Below are positions 23,059 to 35,980 of a DNA stretch of 49,043 nucleotides, in pieces. The DNA comes from Paraphysomonas bandaiensis (Eukaryota > Protista > Chrysophyceae): contig CBFFRP010000388.1 of assembly GCA_965644295.1 (NCBI GenBank), positions 1-49,043 of the forward strand. The letters run 5' to 3'. Position numbers and translations under genes: made by a program. The first letter of the stretch is position 1. The number at the start of each line of letters is the position of its first letter. The notes beneath the pieces are model-generated. The model was not told where the DNA came from. It saw only the letters and a program-made list of their open reading frames with translations, and made no database searches.

Positions 23059-23376
23059 CAGGCTTGCGTAACAATTAATTGGTTTTAAAAGTGATAACTT
23101 CAATTATTATTGGTAAATGTTGCCAATTAATTGCAATTAATTGGCTAAATTATATATAGAATCTTACGATGTATAGCTACTAAACTTAGGTACAAACCCA
23201 CTATATGTTAGCATAGTAGTTTGGATGTATGTGCACAGTTACGTTATTAGCATTTTAATAATCGTAATAAGGGTTTGTATACACTTTAACCTCAGCACGC
23301 AAAAGTAATATATATATCATGTCAAAGATCGTTGGCAAAAAACAAACTGTTGCCAATTAATTGTTACGCAAGCCTG
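23059..23376. mobile_element. hAT-type MITE (318 bp)
   Basis: Perfect 24-bp TIR CAGGCTTGCGTAACAATTAATTGG and 8-bp TSD CCAAGAAT (23051-58, 23377-84). Confidence 0.92.
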
Positions 23377-23936
23377 CCAAGAATAATATGTTTGTTATTG
23401 GAGCAAAAAGCAATCATGCAACATCTCCTCTCTTCACATCAATTTTACTCATGTTCGCGGCTCAACCCGATAGTTATTACATAAATGTCTTACACAATAA
23501 TACATCAGGAACTATATTCTTCACGAAAAATCCCATTCTTACTGTATGTTTGTATCCGCTTTGTCAGGACTGCGTACTAATTAATTGTCAATTATTGATA
23601 TTGCAATAATTGAAATTGATAGTAGTTACATTCCCTATTCTCATCATATATGCTCTCTCTGTATATTTTCATTGTGAGTTGGTAACAGCAATGTTACTAA
23701 TTGGGGTGTACATCTCTACTCTCAATGCTACTTAATCAAACGGTCAGGGAAGACAAAAATTTCAGGATAACTAAATGACAAGCTACAGCTGTTAAAACTC
23801 TGTAAATTCTGTCATCAGACCTGTCAGTCGAGCATGAAATTCAACTGAGAATTGGATGACAGCGGTCAGAACATCTACACAAGCAAACTAACAAAAGTAT
23901 AAATAAACCTCCATTATTACAAGATGTCCAGCGTAT

Positions 23937-24462
23937 TTAAGCACTCTCTTCGACACGGAGCTTGGCACCGGCGTTGGTAACCTTGATATTAAGCTGGTTG
24001 GCTCTCTCGACAATGGTCTTCCTGGACTTGGAGGAAACGCTGTGCGCGATCTCAGCACAGTACTTCCTGCTCAATGATATATTCCATTATTACCTGCTTA
24101 CAATTCACTAACAAATCAAGCCACGACCCACCTGTTATGCATCATGAGCATCTCGAGTTCCTTTGCGTTGTGGACAACAAACTTAAGGAAGCCATTGGGG
24201 AGGATATTTCTGGTGTTCTTGTCAGACCCTGTTTACACGTTTCATTCACAACGCTAATTCGTTCCATTCCTAACGTACCGTATCCAATCGAGGGCTGAGG
24301 AATGGTTCCCTTGAAACGTCTTCTGACACGAGAATCAATACCCTTCTGCTTTCTCCATGAAGATCTACCAATGCGCCAAAACTGTTGGTGCTGGTGGCGC
24401 TCAAACTTCTTTGTGCGCTTTTTGACAATCTTGGCCTTGACTAGAGGGGTAACCTTGGTCAT
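23937..24462 (-). CDS. RPL32: 60S ribosomal protein L32 (eL32), 2 introns
   Basis: [38 protein letters not shown], continuing through spliced exons to [25 protein letters not shown]. Confidence 0.96.
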
Positions 24463-24854
24463 CTTGGAGGTTTATTTGAGGAATAAGAGTAATGTGTACT
24501 CCTTAAAAAGTTTCTCTAATTAACTCTTTAACTCCATATACATTATTTCACAACCACTATACTGGCATATCTTCAACAGACGCACCTCATCAACTCTTTC
24601 AGTTTCCAGTAGAATTACCATACCGTATATATATAATACATACATGTATTCCAATGTATACTGCTGTATGTACAGCAGGCAAAATGCTCATGCGGATTAT
24701 AAGGTGCCTCGTTGCAAGGTTTAGTTGGTGCGTGCAATGATACCCTGAAGATCAACTACGTAGAATAAAACTACTATGAAATTATTGAACTATAGCCGCT
24801 TATTGTGCTACTATTCAGCTCATTAAAATGTATACATAAAATGAGAAATTACCC

Positions 24855-26593
24855 ATGAAGCTGCCAGTTGGTATTGATGACTACAAAAAGCTAATTACTC
24901 CTACGGCCATGTGGATAAAGCCTATTTATTAAAGCCTTCCTGGATGAAAATGCTGAGTCAACGCTAATCACGCGCCCGAGACGCTTTGGAAAAACGCTCA
25001 ATATGTCCATGTTGTATTGTTTTCTATCTAATCAAAATGTCCAAGAAAACAGAGCTCTTTTTGTTAGAAGAAAGTAGAAACAGCTCAAACCAATGAACAT
25101 AAAAACTGTATGGAACTCCAAGGCCAATACCCCGTAATTTTCCTTACCTTCAAAAACATTCGGGCTAAAAATTTTGATGAAGCCAAACAGCAAATTGCTT
25201 TTAAAATAGCTGAAATTTGTGATGAACATGCGTATTTGGCTGAAAGCGATAAAATATCAACAAATGAAATGGATATCTTTTCAGCATTGTCTAGCAGGTC
25301 AGCAAGTATTGTTGAGCAACAACTTGCCTTGCTTCTTTTATCAAAATATCTGCAAAAGCATCACGGCAAAAACACAATCATTCTACTGGATGAATACGAC
25401 ACCCCTTTTCATGCGGCCTATACAAGCTCAACGCCCTATCATGAAGTATCAGTGACTTTATGAAAACATTCATAGGCGCTGCTTTTAAGGGTAATTTGGC
25501 TCTCGAAAAAGGCATGCTAACAGGAATTCTGCGCGTTTCATTAATGGACTTATTCTCAGGCGCAACTCGATTCCTGTTATGTCAATGCTAACACCTGAGT
25601 ATCGAGAATATTTTGGTTTTACCCAGCAAGAAACCCAGGCATTAATTAGCACTCATGCAATAGATTTAGCTGAATCTGAGGTCATCTCCCGAATCGATAT
25701 GGCAGCTCAATGGTATAACGGCTAAGCCTACTTCGCTCCAACTTTAACATGAAAGCACATATTGTGACTTTACTACAGAACGTAGGTTTGCAAGTGGCCA
25801 TTGACGAGCGAACTTTTTTTGCTGACCTTGAACGAAGTGAAGGTTCGTTATGGGGCTTAATGCTCTACTCGGGTTATTGAAAATAATTGGTGACAATGGA
25901 CAGCTAGGCTATGACAAAGAATACCAAATTGCCATTTCAAACCTTGAAGTCAGACAAGCCTATAGAAAAATGGTTCAAGATTGGTTTGTATCTATTGGGG
26001 AGACGGCGTACCATCAATTGTTTAACAGTTTGCAAACGGTTGATTTAGTTGCTTTCCAACAACTATTAGAAAATTATTTGGATCAAACTGCTAGCTATCA
26101 TGATCTTGGGAAAAAGACACTTGAAAAAGTTTACCATGTCATATTTTTAGGCATGTTTTTTATGCTTGGAGGAAAATATACCGTTGATTCAAACAAAGAA
26201 TATGGATTAGGGCGATATGACATTATATTAATCCCTAAGGATAAATCGAAGCCAAGTTACATATTTGAATTTAAGGCAACTGATAATGCCAGCAAACTTG
26301 CTGAGGACGTTCGTGACGCGCTAGAGCAAATTACAGAAACTCGTTATAGCGCGCGCCTCCAACTGGAAGGTATATCAGGCGCTCACCATGTTGGCATTGC
26401 ATTTTGTCGAAAGCAGATGCAAATGGGCTCAGAGCCACATGACTATCAACCTCGATTGGCCCTACCTACAGCAACATCCAGTACTGCAACACTATTCACA
26501 CCACCACCTGCCCCTAACAGTAGCCCTGATGACTTCGGAATTTCGAGCAATAATAGTGAGCGCCAGGCTAAAAAACCAAGAATTGATGACTAA
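24855..26593 (+). pseudogene. Bacterial-type AAA-ATPase_like plus PD-(D/E)XK nuclease gene, disrupted
   Basis: MKLPVGIDD, TRPRRFGKTLNMSML (Walker A), LLDEYDTP (Walker B), LTGILRVS, YFGFT, WYNG, then EYGLGRYDI..IFEFK..ALEQI..RY..GIAF. Several frameshifts and stops; no introns seen. Confidence 0.88.
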
Positions 26594-26599
26594 AAAGTC

Positions 26600-26845
26600 A
26601 CCGATTCCGGCAAGTATGTCAGGTTACCCCTTGCTACAAAAACACAAAGATTGTTTAACGGAAGAAGAAAAGCCAGTTGTTGAAAAATTATTTTTACTCT
26701 TGCCAAAATTAAAGTTAGCTTATCAGTTCAGTCGAGAGCTCAGTGGTATTTTTGATAGCCATATTACACCTGCTGAAGCAAAAGAAAAATAGCAACATGG
26801 ATAAATCATGTCAGCAAATCGTCAGTCAAATGTTTTAAGAAATAG
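26600..26845 (+). pseudogene. ISL3-family transposase fragment (bacterial IS)
   Basis: LLQKHKDCLTEEEK..LFLLLPKLKLAYQFSRELSGIFD..AKEK/IATWINHV..CFK resembles the central part of ISL3 transposases; frameshifted. Confidence 0.6.
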
Positions 26846-26959
26846 TCAATCAAATACCCTTCTAGTTTTAAGGTATATATCTCTAAGGGGCTCAGCATGC
26901 AAAGCAGCACGAAGGCTGCGATGCCAAGAGGCCAGGGCTGCTTAGTTTCTCCTTCCTCT

Positions 26960-27559
26960 CTCTTAATGCGTTCAGATGGTTGGAGTGGATAATTATGGAC
27001 GATCATCAATTTTCTTTTGTGCAGAACGTGTTGACGAAAAAGAATACCAATCTGAAGCCAATATGAAATATCTGGATGCTTTGGCGCAGCATGTTCAAAA
27101 AAATGTGAATGATGTGTTGCCTAATTCATTTAGCCTAGTTCAGGATGGTTGGACCTATGAAGGCGCAGCTCAAACGTTTTCTGTTGGACAGAACTGATGA
27201 AGAAGTGGAAAAAGAAGATGATGGTGTCGACTCACTGACGAGAAGACACCAAACGCACCAAGAACAGAAGCGACTATATATTATACGCACGACCAACCAA
27301 CTAAGTACCGCTGCTTGAAGCATATTTACTCCACTACTAATTTTGTAGAAATGCTTTTCAGTAGAGCAAAAATCAACATGAGTGATCTGCGCAAATCTAT
27401 GGCACCTCATCGATTGGAGGCCCTTATGTTCTTGCGCTTTGAAGTATATATGTGGAATGCAAGTGCAGTTGAAGAAGCTATTCGCGCTTGTAGTGAGTAA
27501 CTAATTTAATTTCTAAAAATTTTGCAATTAAATTGCAATTAATTTGTTACGCAGCCCTG
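26960..27559 (+). mobile_element. Degenerate hAT transposon 3' remnant
   Basis: FSLVQDGWT (first catalytic D region) and TTNFVEMLFSRAK..RKSMAPHRLEALMFLR (hAT C-terminal dimerisation-like). Ends in TTGTTACGCAGCCCTG, related to the MITE TIR. Confidence 0.75.
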
Positions 27560-27974
27560 CTATATTGTATAAGATATCTATTTATACGAAACCGAAGCTC
27601 TCATATAGCAGCTACTGTACCTGTAGCTGGTAGAACTTAGAACTAGACAGCTTTTTATTAATGATAGACACACCAATCTTACTAGAAATAGTATCCCTTA
27701 ATGAGACAAAAAGTCAACGCTAATCTCAGTAGAATTGTCTCAGGCACTGTCAGTCTTGGGAGCGGTGTCGAAAAACGAGAAACCCGCTCAACGTATCTGC
27801 CACCATTGACCTCACTTTCGATGTCTATCACGTACGTGTATAGTGAGAGCCAGTGATGAAAGCGGCTGGGGAGAAGTTATTTTACTAAACTTAAGAAGGG
27901 CTTGCCGTTGAAAGGATAGAGTTTATGACAATATCAAAGCATTGAGGCCACTCTTATTTGCACTAAAATAAGTC

Positions 27975-30900
27975 TGTTGGAATACGCATGGTTCTCTAAG
28001 ATCGTACTGTAGAATACAAAACAGTAATAAGTAGACAAAGATACTATATAGCTATAACCTTGTAACTGAAGTATTGTATCATGACGATTCAAGATACAAA
28101 ATAATATATCATGTTGTTGACATGTATTACATGACAGCACACACAATTGTGTATGCAATTTAATAAAGAGTCTAACTAGTTTAATTACTATAAACTTTTT
28201 TCAACGATCTTAAGTGTTGAAATGACCAATAGTCAATATGGTAGCGGATGCGGAGGAGAGAAGGAGGATAGAGCTGATGTTTCATGGTTCGACGAGAACA
28301 ATGTTGATCAATGGATTGAAGACTTCGAGACTTTTCTGATGCGTAAAGAGAAGAGTGAGGTAGCGCTCGAAAGGCCACCAAGAGAGGAAGATCTCGGACT
28401 TCCACCGCTGAACAAGCTCGAGGCGAAGTCATACAAGAGACCCGGAAGCAAGGAGTATACAGGTTGCAAAATCTGTAAATCCTAAACCCACCGAAAACAT
28501 GAATGCCCAAATAATTCGAAAGAGGCAAGAAGGTGAAAAAATCCCAGAAATCCGGGAAAGTGTTTACATTTGAGAATATCAGAAGAGGAGGCACAGAATC
28601 GGACTCCGACCAGTCTGAGTTAAACATACATGCTGTATGATTGACACTGACCACTATACATACAACATAGTTAATACATAAATGAAGTGCAGCATATGAG
28701 ATCGTGTATAGTGATACATACCAGCAGCAGTGTATATGCTACTCATTGTCTATGTTTTTGGTAAATGGTCAGCAAGTATTCGATGAATCAATTCCATCAG
28801 GCAGAGTTATTAGAGGAACTGAGATTAATGTAATTTCAAGTAGTGTAAATGACTGGAGCAACATAGAACTTTCTTCGGACATAATATATCGGTTTCTATG
28901 CTCTGGAAAACGTTTGAACGATATGGGATATGAATTAATTCATCGTTTGAAATTGAATTCGAATTGTGGACCATAAAATACTGGAGCAACAGTATTGGAG
29001 AAGGGCCTATGGTAAATGGGATGACTGTGGTACCTACTCAACGTCTACTGACACTACCAAATGTATCCAGCAATAAGGCAGGAGAGTCAAATTTGACAGA
29101 TCAGTGTGGAGTGGATGAACTTATAATAAGCTACTCCACAGAAGACTCGGCCATTTCAACAAAAAGGGGCTTTAACTGAGGCACAGGATGTTGTTCACAC
29201 TGGCTCAAATCTACAGAGGAATCACCTATCAAAGTCTCTGTGTGATATATGTGTCAGAGGAGGGGGCCAAAATAACGAGAGCATCCTTTAAGAGCAAGGA
29301 GGATACAGACATCAAGCCGGATTTATCTGCTGACGTGAATATCTTTCTGAATAGTCCTGCACGTGAAGAAATTAACTCATCATCCAGACAAGATGTTTTA
29401 TAGGTGAAAGTCCTTCGGCTGACAGCGTACACAAAAGAAATAGTGCTTCAATTCTTTAAAGAGATGTTTGAAGGGGAAGTTCAACAGTACCAATTGAGAG
29501 TAGAGGTCATTATCATGCTGATGGAGCAGGCAAGCTGCTCAATCAAGAATTGAGAGTATATCTACGAGAACAGGGTTGTCACAGGCATACAACATATAAT
29601 GGTCTTCCACTGATACCCCTGAGATGAAAGCTGTAGAGGAGAGAAAGTTTCGTACAGCTTCAGAAATGGCGCTTGCTATATGTTATATTATTGCAGTCAG
29701 GCCTACCGGTTCCATTCTGGTTAGTCGCATATTATGCGGCTCGTTATACCTTGATTAGACTTCCCACGAAAGACTGAAAAAGGTTACATGTCACCTTATG
29801 AGTATGTCACGGGTCAGCCACCCAGTTTCAAATACTTTAGGGTATGGGTGCAAAACCTATATATATACTCACTCCAAGATCTGACAGGATAAAGAACTGG
29901 GACGACAAGTCGAAATCGACGGATTTCATGTGGGATATTCGGAAGATAAAGTTGGTATTCAGGGAGTTCCTGATGCAGATAAATCCCAGGGAGAGAACCT
30001 GAACGAGTTTTGACTCAGGGAGTACCTGATTATAATATATTATATATATCTAACAGTAAAAATCCCAACAGAGAGAATCTGCGGGGGTTACCGAGAGACG
30101 AAAGCGACTACGGAGGAGGATGGCAAATGTTTCTGTTTTAGGAGAAATCAACATGATCGAAGTGCTAGATGCAGAAGAAGTAAATGCAAAATGTACAGAT
30201 GAAAGCGAAATACAGGAGCATGTCAATGAACCGAACATTTTTTTAGAGGCGGAGAAGTCCCCTCAAGCGGACGAATGGAGAACAGCCAGACGAATAGAAT
30301 GCATGAATTGGTCTTGCTTCGGGGGGTGCTCCGCGAACTAGGACTATCGCTAACGAAGCCAACTCCATTCTTCATGGACAGCAACAAGAGTGCTACTACA
30401 GACTTATCGGAAAATCCAGTGTATCATAAACGATCTAAACTTATACAGATAAAAAGTATCACTGGGTACACGGGAACACGTCAATGGTAAGTTCCCAACA
30501 GTTAGACTAATACATGTTTCAACTAAAGATATATATGGCTGCTGACATATATAAACGAAAGCGCTATCTTTGAAGCTATTTAAGATCCACGAAGAAACGA
30601 TCACAGGGGAGAAGAGGAGTATCTCTAATGAAGTAGAGCTGAGCCAGAAGAAGCCTTCGAGGAAAGAGGCTAGGGTGTGTATTAGTGGGTATGAATCCCA
30701 CATAACTGTGTTACAGCAAAGGAAGTATGAGATCTGTACACAGTATCCTTATAAAGATTTCACATCCGTTTTATCCTACAAGATGACTAGATGATATAAT
30801 ATATAGATGTAGTATAATGACGATTACTCGTTTCTACATTATTGAGGAGAAGTGTTGGAATACGTATGGTTCTCTAAGATAGTACTGTAGAATACGTTAA

Positions 30901-31320
30901 ACACAATGTGAAAAACAGTAATAAGTAGACAAAGATACTATATAGCTAAACTGTGAAACTGAAATATTGTATGCGATTGATATATATATAACGAAATAAT
31001 TTATCATGTTGTTAACATGTATTACATGACAACACACACAATTGTGTATGCAATTTAATATATATATATTGAAAGTCTTATTATTTAGCAGTAGGCGTTA
31101 AAAATCTGCACCAATGTAGTGGCTAGTTGAATGCTATACAGACTATTTAGACCTCTATCCATATCTATTATCCTACTATTATTTAACGCTACAGAATCTG
31201 CTTGTGCGTCGCCGCAAGCACCAAGGTGCAACCATTTCAATTTAATAAAGAGTGTATCTAGTTTAATTACTATAAACTTTTCTCAACAATTTTAAGTGTT
31301 AAAATGACCAATAGTCAATA
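27975..31320 (+). mobile_element. Internally deleted, degenerate Ty1/Copia element with both LTRs
   Basis: LTRs 27975-28238 and 30853-31320 (the latter interrupted). 5-bp TSD AAGTC (27970-74, 31321-25). PBS TGGTAGCGG at 28239; PPT GAGGAGAAG. Gag, integrase and RNase H remnants (FFMDS..ENPVYHKRSK). Confidence 0.92.
31061..31237 (-). mobile_element. 5'-truncated non-LTR/SINE insertion with (TA)n tail inside the Copia 3' LTR
   Basis: Absent from the 5' LTR. 10-bp TSD CAATTTAATA (31051-60, 31238-47). Ends in TATATATA. Confidence 0.85.
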
Positions 31321-31810
31321 AAGTCCCTAGAAAACAGATCAATTTATTCCATAATGTGTCATATGTAATGTGCAATGAAGTTGCTATTACATGGGTATAA
31401 ACTATAAAATATATATATCTTATATCTTTTAATTTTTCCGACTTTATGACCTACCTCTATCGTTGCTACAAAGATATAGAACTATATGACTATACCAGGG
31501 GTGAGGAACAAGGAACGATATATTACAATACTATTGTTGATAGCGTCTCACCAATAATGTTAATGGAGGTTTAAAATTTAAAACCGATACTAATATTAAC
31601 TATACTATACACCTATACACTATACCAGCATCATGCCCACCGATGATGATTCCAAAAAGTCAAGTGATCGTTGTACTAGTATTGTTATTATCCGATCAGC
31701 ACTGGCTACCAACAGTCAATACGAGCAGAGAAACGAAGTACTAAACGCAATGAGTAGACAAAACTAATCTCATCAGTCAAAAAATGAATGAACCATAAAA
31801 CACATTTCAC

Positions 31811-32957
31811 TTAACGCATTCGTGATTCTGCGCCTCCAGTGTAGTTATCCTTCCTGACGAGGACCTTACTGGGAGTGGAGGGTTGCTCCACCACAACTTC
31901 CACTCCGGGGAGGCGGTCGCTCAGGAACTGCCCCCTCTTACTAACGGGTTGTCCGTCAATGGTTATGTTGGTGCGGTACAACCACAACTCCTATGTTTAT
32001 AACGTTAGACATAGAGTACTTCTAAATAAGAAATCAAACCTGTAAATTGGGCAACTCGGCAACCTCCACTGGAAGCTGGGAGGTGAAGTTGTTTCTATCA
32101 AGATAGAGAAGCGTGAGGGCCTTGCACTGACCCAGTGATGCGGGAATACGTCCACTCATATCATTCATAGAGAGAATTAGTCTATCCAACTTCGACATTA
32201 CTCCGATCTCATGAGGAATCTTGCCGGTAAGTTTGTTTTCGCACAAAATCAAGTCACGCAACTCAGTTAGGTGTCCAATCTCGAGAGGGATAGGGCCAGT
32301 CAACTGGCAGTTCGCCATCCAGAGATATTCAAGGTTGCTCATGTACTGAATAGTAGTGGGAATCTTTCCACCCAGAGGGTTGCGATTCAAATTCAAGAAG
32401 GTCAAATACTGTAGGTTTCCAATCTCCTCGGGTATACCTCCAGTAAATTCATTGAAGCTTAAGTTCAAATACGTTAAATGAATCAAATTTCCGATCTCTT
32501 TCGGGATAGGACCACTTAATTTGCAGTGGTCCAAATCAATAGATTTTAAATTTACTAGGGGGAACAAATTTGGGAATGGGCCTATACGAGCACGTAAACA
32601 CACATAGAACAACAATAAAACAGCGCCACCTGTAAACATTCTATTGCCTCTCATAATCAACTCTAATACGTGCTCCTCTCCATTGGCAAAACCCGCTTCG
32701 ATACCAGCCCATTCACCTAGAGATTTCTCTGCTTTGCACCAATTTTCAGAGTACTTAACTTCCCAATTAGGACCACCGCCAGTTTCAAAGACTCCTTTAA
32801 GAACATCCCTATCAGGAGTGCGGGATTTTGAGGTCTTCATCGCATAAGTCGCAGCAAAAAAGAACAAAGCGGAGACAAGTATTACTAATCCGGTTATCAG
32901 TGCAATTGATTCCGTTTCTCCTATCGACCCAGCGAATATATTTTTAATAACGTCCAT
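31811..32957 (-). CDS. Leucine-rich repeat protein with N-terminal TM helix, multi-exon
   Basis: Repeated 24-aa LxxLxLxxNxLxGxIPxxIG units; hydrophobic segment IALITGLVILVSALFFFAA. Confidence 0.9.
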
Positions 32958-33432
32958 TTCGAATCGCACAACCGCAGCACTAAAATCAACAACAGATTGC
33001 TATTAATTTATCTCAATGGGTGTGCTTCACCTGATTGACAACGAGCTGGGAAAAGAAATAACGCAACAGGAGTACTTGCAAGGCAGGATTGTTGATGCTA
33101 TGGCGTCGATAAAAAAGAGAAAATTGATGCTCACCATTTGCCGAAAATTTGGGTCCCCTCATTATGTTGCACCTCTCATTCAAACAACTATACGCAAAAT
33201 ACGTAGACAATTTTACAATGAAGTAGAGATTTTCTGAAAAATTGGGATTTTAGATTTCGGAGAAAAAAATGCTGACAGCAACAGCATGCACCTCTGCAGC
33301 TGTGAATGCACAGCATGTGTGTGGAAGGTTTTCGTACTTAATCATTGCACAGATTAGAGTCTTAACCAAGTCATTTGTAGCAATATTATAGTAATTCATT
33401 GGCACTAGATCCCATTACAGTGCTATACACTT

Positions 33433-34022
33433 ATGGAAACTCAGAAAATAAACAGAGAAAAGGTGAGAAAAAGTAATTATCAGAGACATGACTAACCCCC
33501 CCTTTACCCTGCAACAGACATGCCCGCTCCTGCTGCGGTGTTTTTACAAACACGACACGAACCATGTGTAAGTCACAATCCATGCATGAATAATAGTAAC
33601 TATTTTATTGTAACGATTTTTCAGAGCGACAGACTATAAGAATGCTGCCGTTGGAATTCTCCCCTCTCAGGAGGTTCAAATTTATACTTGGCCGGATGCC
33701 ACAATGCGTGAAATTGTGGATTTGCTCAAGGTTTGGATGTGTTATATTTTATTAGAGTATAATATCGTTGTAGGATGTTGTTCTTCCAGGACAGGCGAAG
33801 CAAAGAAATAGTGCCTTTGATATTTCGCTTGTATATCCGGACAGAAACGGAGATCATAAATTGAGGCAACTTGCCCATATAAATCTCACTAGACAAGGAA
33901 ATGATGACAACAAAACACTATGTGAATTAAAGTTTGAAACTGGCGATTACTTGGACATCGCCATTGTGTCTGGGAGGGGTACTAGCCCGAGATACAGGGG
34001 TGGAAGGGGTGGCGGATATTAG
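33433..34022 (+). CDS. SAP18: Sin3-associated polypeptide 18, 4 exons
   Basis: Splicing gives INREKTCPLLLRCF...VQIYTWPDATMREIVDLLK...SLVYPD...DDNKTL..KFETGDYLDIAI, with an RGG tail. Confidence 0.92.
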
Positions 34023-35980
34023 ATTCCAGTGTGAATTGCAGATAGTATTGTATGGTGTAGGAGCAATTACATATCTGGCATATATAAATGTTATGCTACT
34101 TGCGCTTTTGGATCTGTGCTGTATGAGGTGTTTCGAAGTGATGATACTAAGAATAAGTGTGTACCGCATAGATATGGAGAACGATGTAGCACTCATCTTG
34201 TGTAGTAATCAATTTCTTACAGTATATATTCAGTTTCGAAGCCACATCAATACGTAAATGCATCTATATATTATTCCTACAAGTGCTTCGGATATACTAT
34301 TACATCATCCCTATAGGGATTCATCACACGATGATACCTAACACGGATGTATTCATCGGACTATCATATAACTCACAGATCGATATGTATGCTTTCGCTA
34401 TGTTATCAGTGGCAGTCGCATCAACTTCAACCAATATCTGGTCCTCTTTTGAATATTCCGCTAAATGAATGAATTTGTGGGACAATGGGACAATAATTAT
34501 TTCCACTTTTCATCACATAAATATGATGATTGATGATTATCTTACGCACATAAAAATAGCAACTATCCCAATTCATGGATCCCAGTTACCAAGTAATATT
34601 CAGTATTATTCTTTAACTCTGTGCTGAGTCGTGATCATCTTGCTAGATGCGGTTAAATATTTTTAAGAAAGCCTCGAAGTCTGTTGATCGAGGTTGGGAA
34701 CACTTCTCCCCACTCCCCCCTAGCTGGCCCCAACACTTATCCCACCCTACCTAACCAAGGCTACTAGCTGCTTCCTGTCCTATATTATGATCTAAACTAT
34801 ACTTCTCTTAATACTACATTTTAATAACCCAATTACCCTCCCGTTTTCGCTACACTATTCCCCTAATCCGAACAAGTCACAAAGTGTAGCTACGTTGACT
34901 GCATACACTTGCATAGTTTCCCCACTAATCATAGTTATCCGTCTTTGCCACCCTATACGGACACTCAAATAGTGGTTGTAGTTTCATAGACGATAATGAG
35001 AGTGAGTATACATCTCCCATCTGGTACTCCTTCTTCATGTTGTATTTCCCCCACCTGATCTGGAATGGTTCAAATTATCCTCAACCAGCTATCCCTCGTC
35101 CTCTGTGTGGTGACCGACCATGTTCACTGTAGTACACTTTTTATGGTGTATTGCATTCTGCGACATACATTGTATGTGTTCTGTGAATTACTCTGTCGAT
35201 TACAACTTCTTCTACAACTTCCCATAGTATACCCATGAAATACCATATAAAGAGGAACATAATATTCTTCTTATATGAACCTTATTGACCTCGTAGAAGT
35301 GTATGAAACTGTCCTGTTGTACGACTAGACTGATATTAATTCTACGAGACATAAAATGGAACATTGTGCCACACATACTTTATTCTCTGGAAGCCATACT
35401 GGCAGCTGTAGTAGTTTACGCTTTCCATTCGTCTACGATCTTAGGGGTTGTGGATCTTCATTGTTTTTTAGTTGTCTCTGGACATTATCAACTACACAGC
35501 TGCATTACATATACAGATGAAATTGATTGTCTCGCATATATTGAAATACGGAAGAGCAGAGATCGTTTAATCAGAGTATGTACAGTATCTCATTTCCATA
35601 TGGTGGATATCATATCAACAGAGACAGCAGTACGTTCTGTATATCATTACACGAAAATCCTGCATTTCTGCAGTGTCGGTCGAAAAAAGTACAGCCTCCT
35701 TATTTTTAGAATACGTACTGTAGGATGCATATATCATAATAATAATACTGTACTAGGTTGTACAGTATATTTAGATATCTTGCTGCTGTTGGGGAACGAC
35801 GAGTACGATATCGTTGAGAGGAAATCCCTGTGATCAATACACAACACAACGCAACAGGGAAAAGGAAGAATATAATATGCGCCAGGCTGTAAGAAGAGTC
35901 TATCTCGGCCAAGTAGATGGTTATAGTTGCGTTAGTGTCCACTAACTGCACCCTCCCATATTTCTTGTGCTTGAAATAGA

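Noticed and set aside
23565-27559. One large hAT element capturing RPL32 and the bacterial genes
   Set aside because: The 8-bp flanks (CGCTTTGT vs CTATATTG) do not match, so a single insertion is unsupported.
35303-35833. 176-aa ORF upstream of the histidine kinase
   Set aside because: No recognisable domain, and its composition resembles intergenic DNA.
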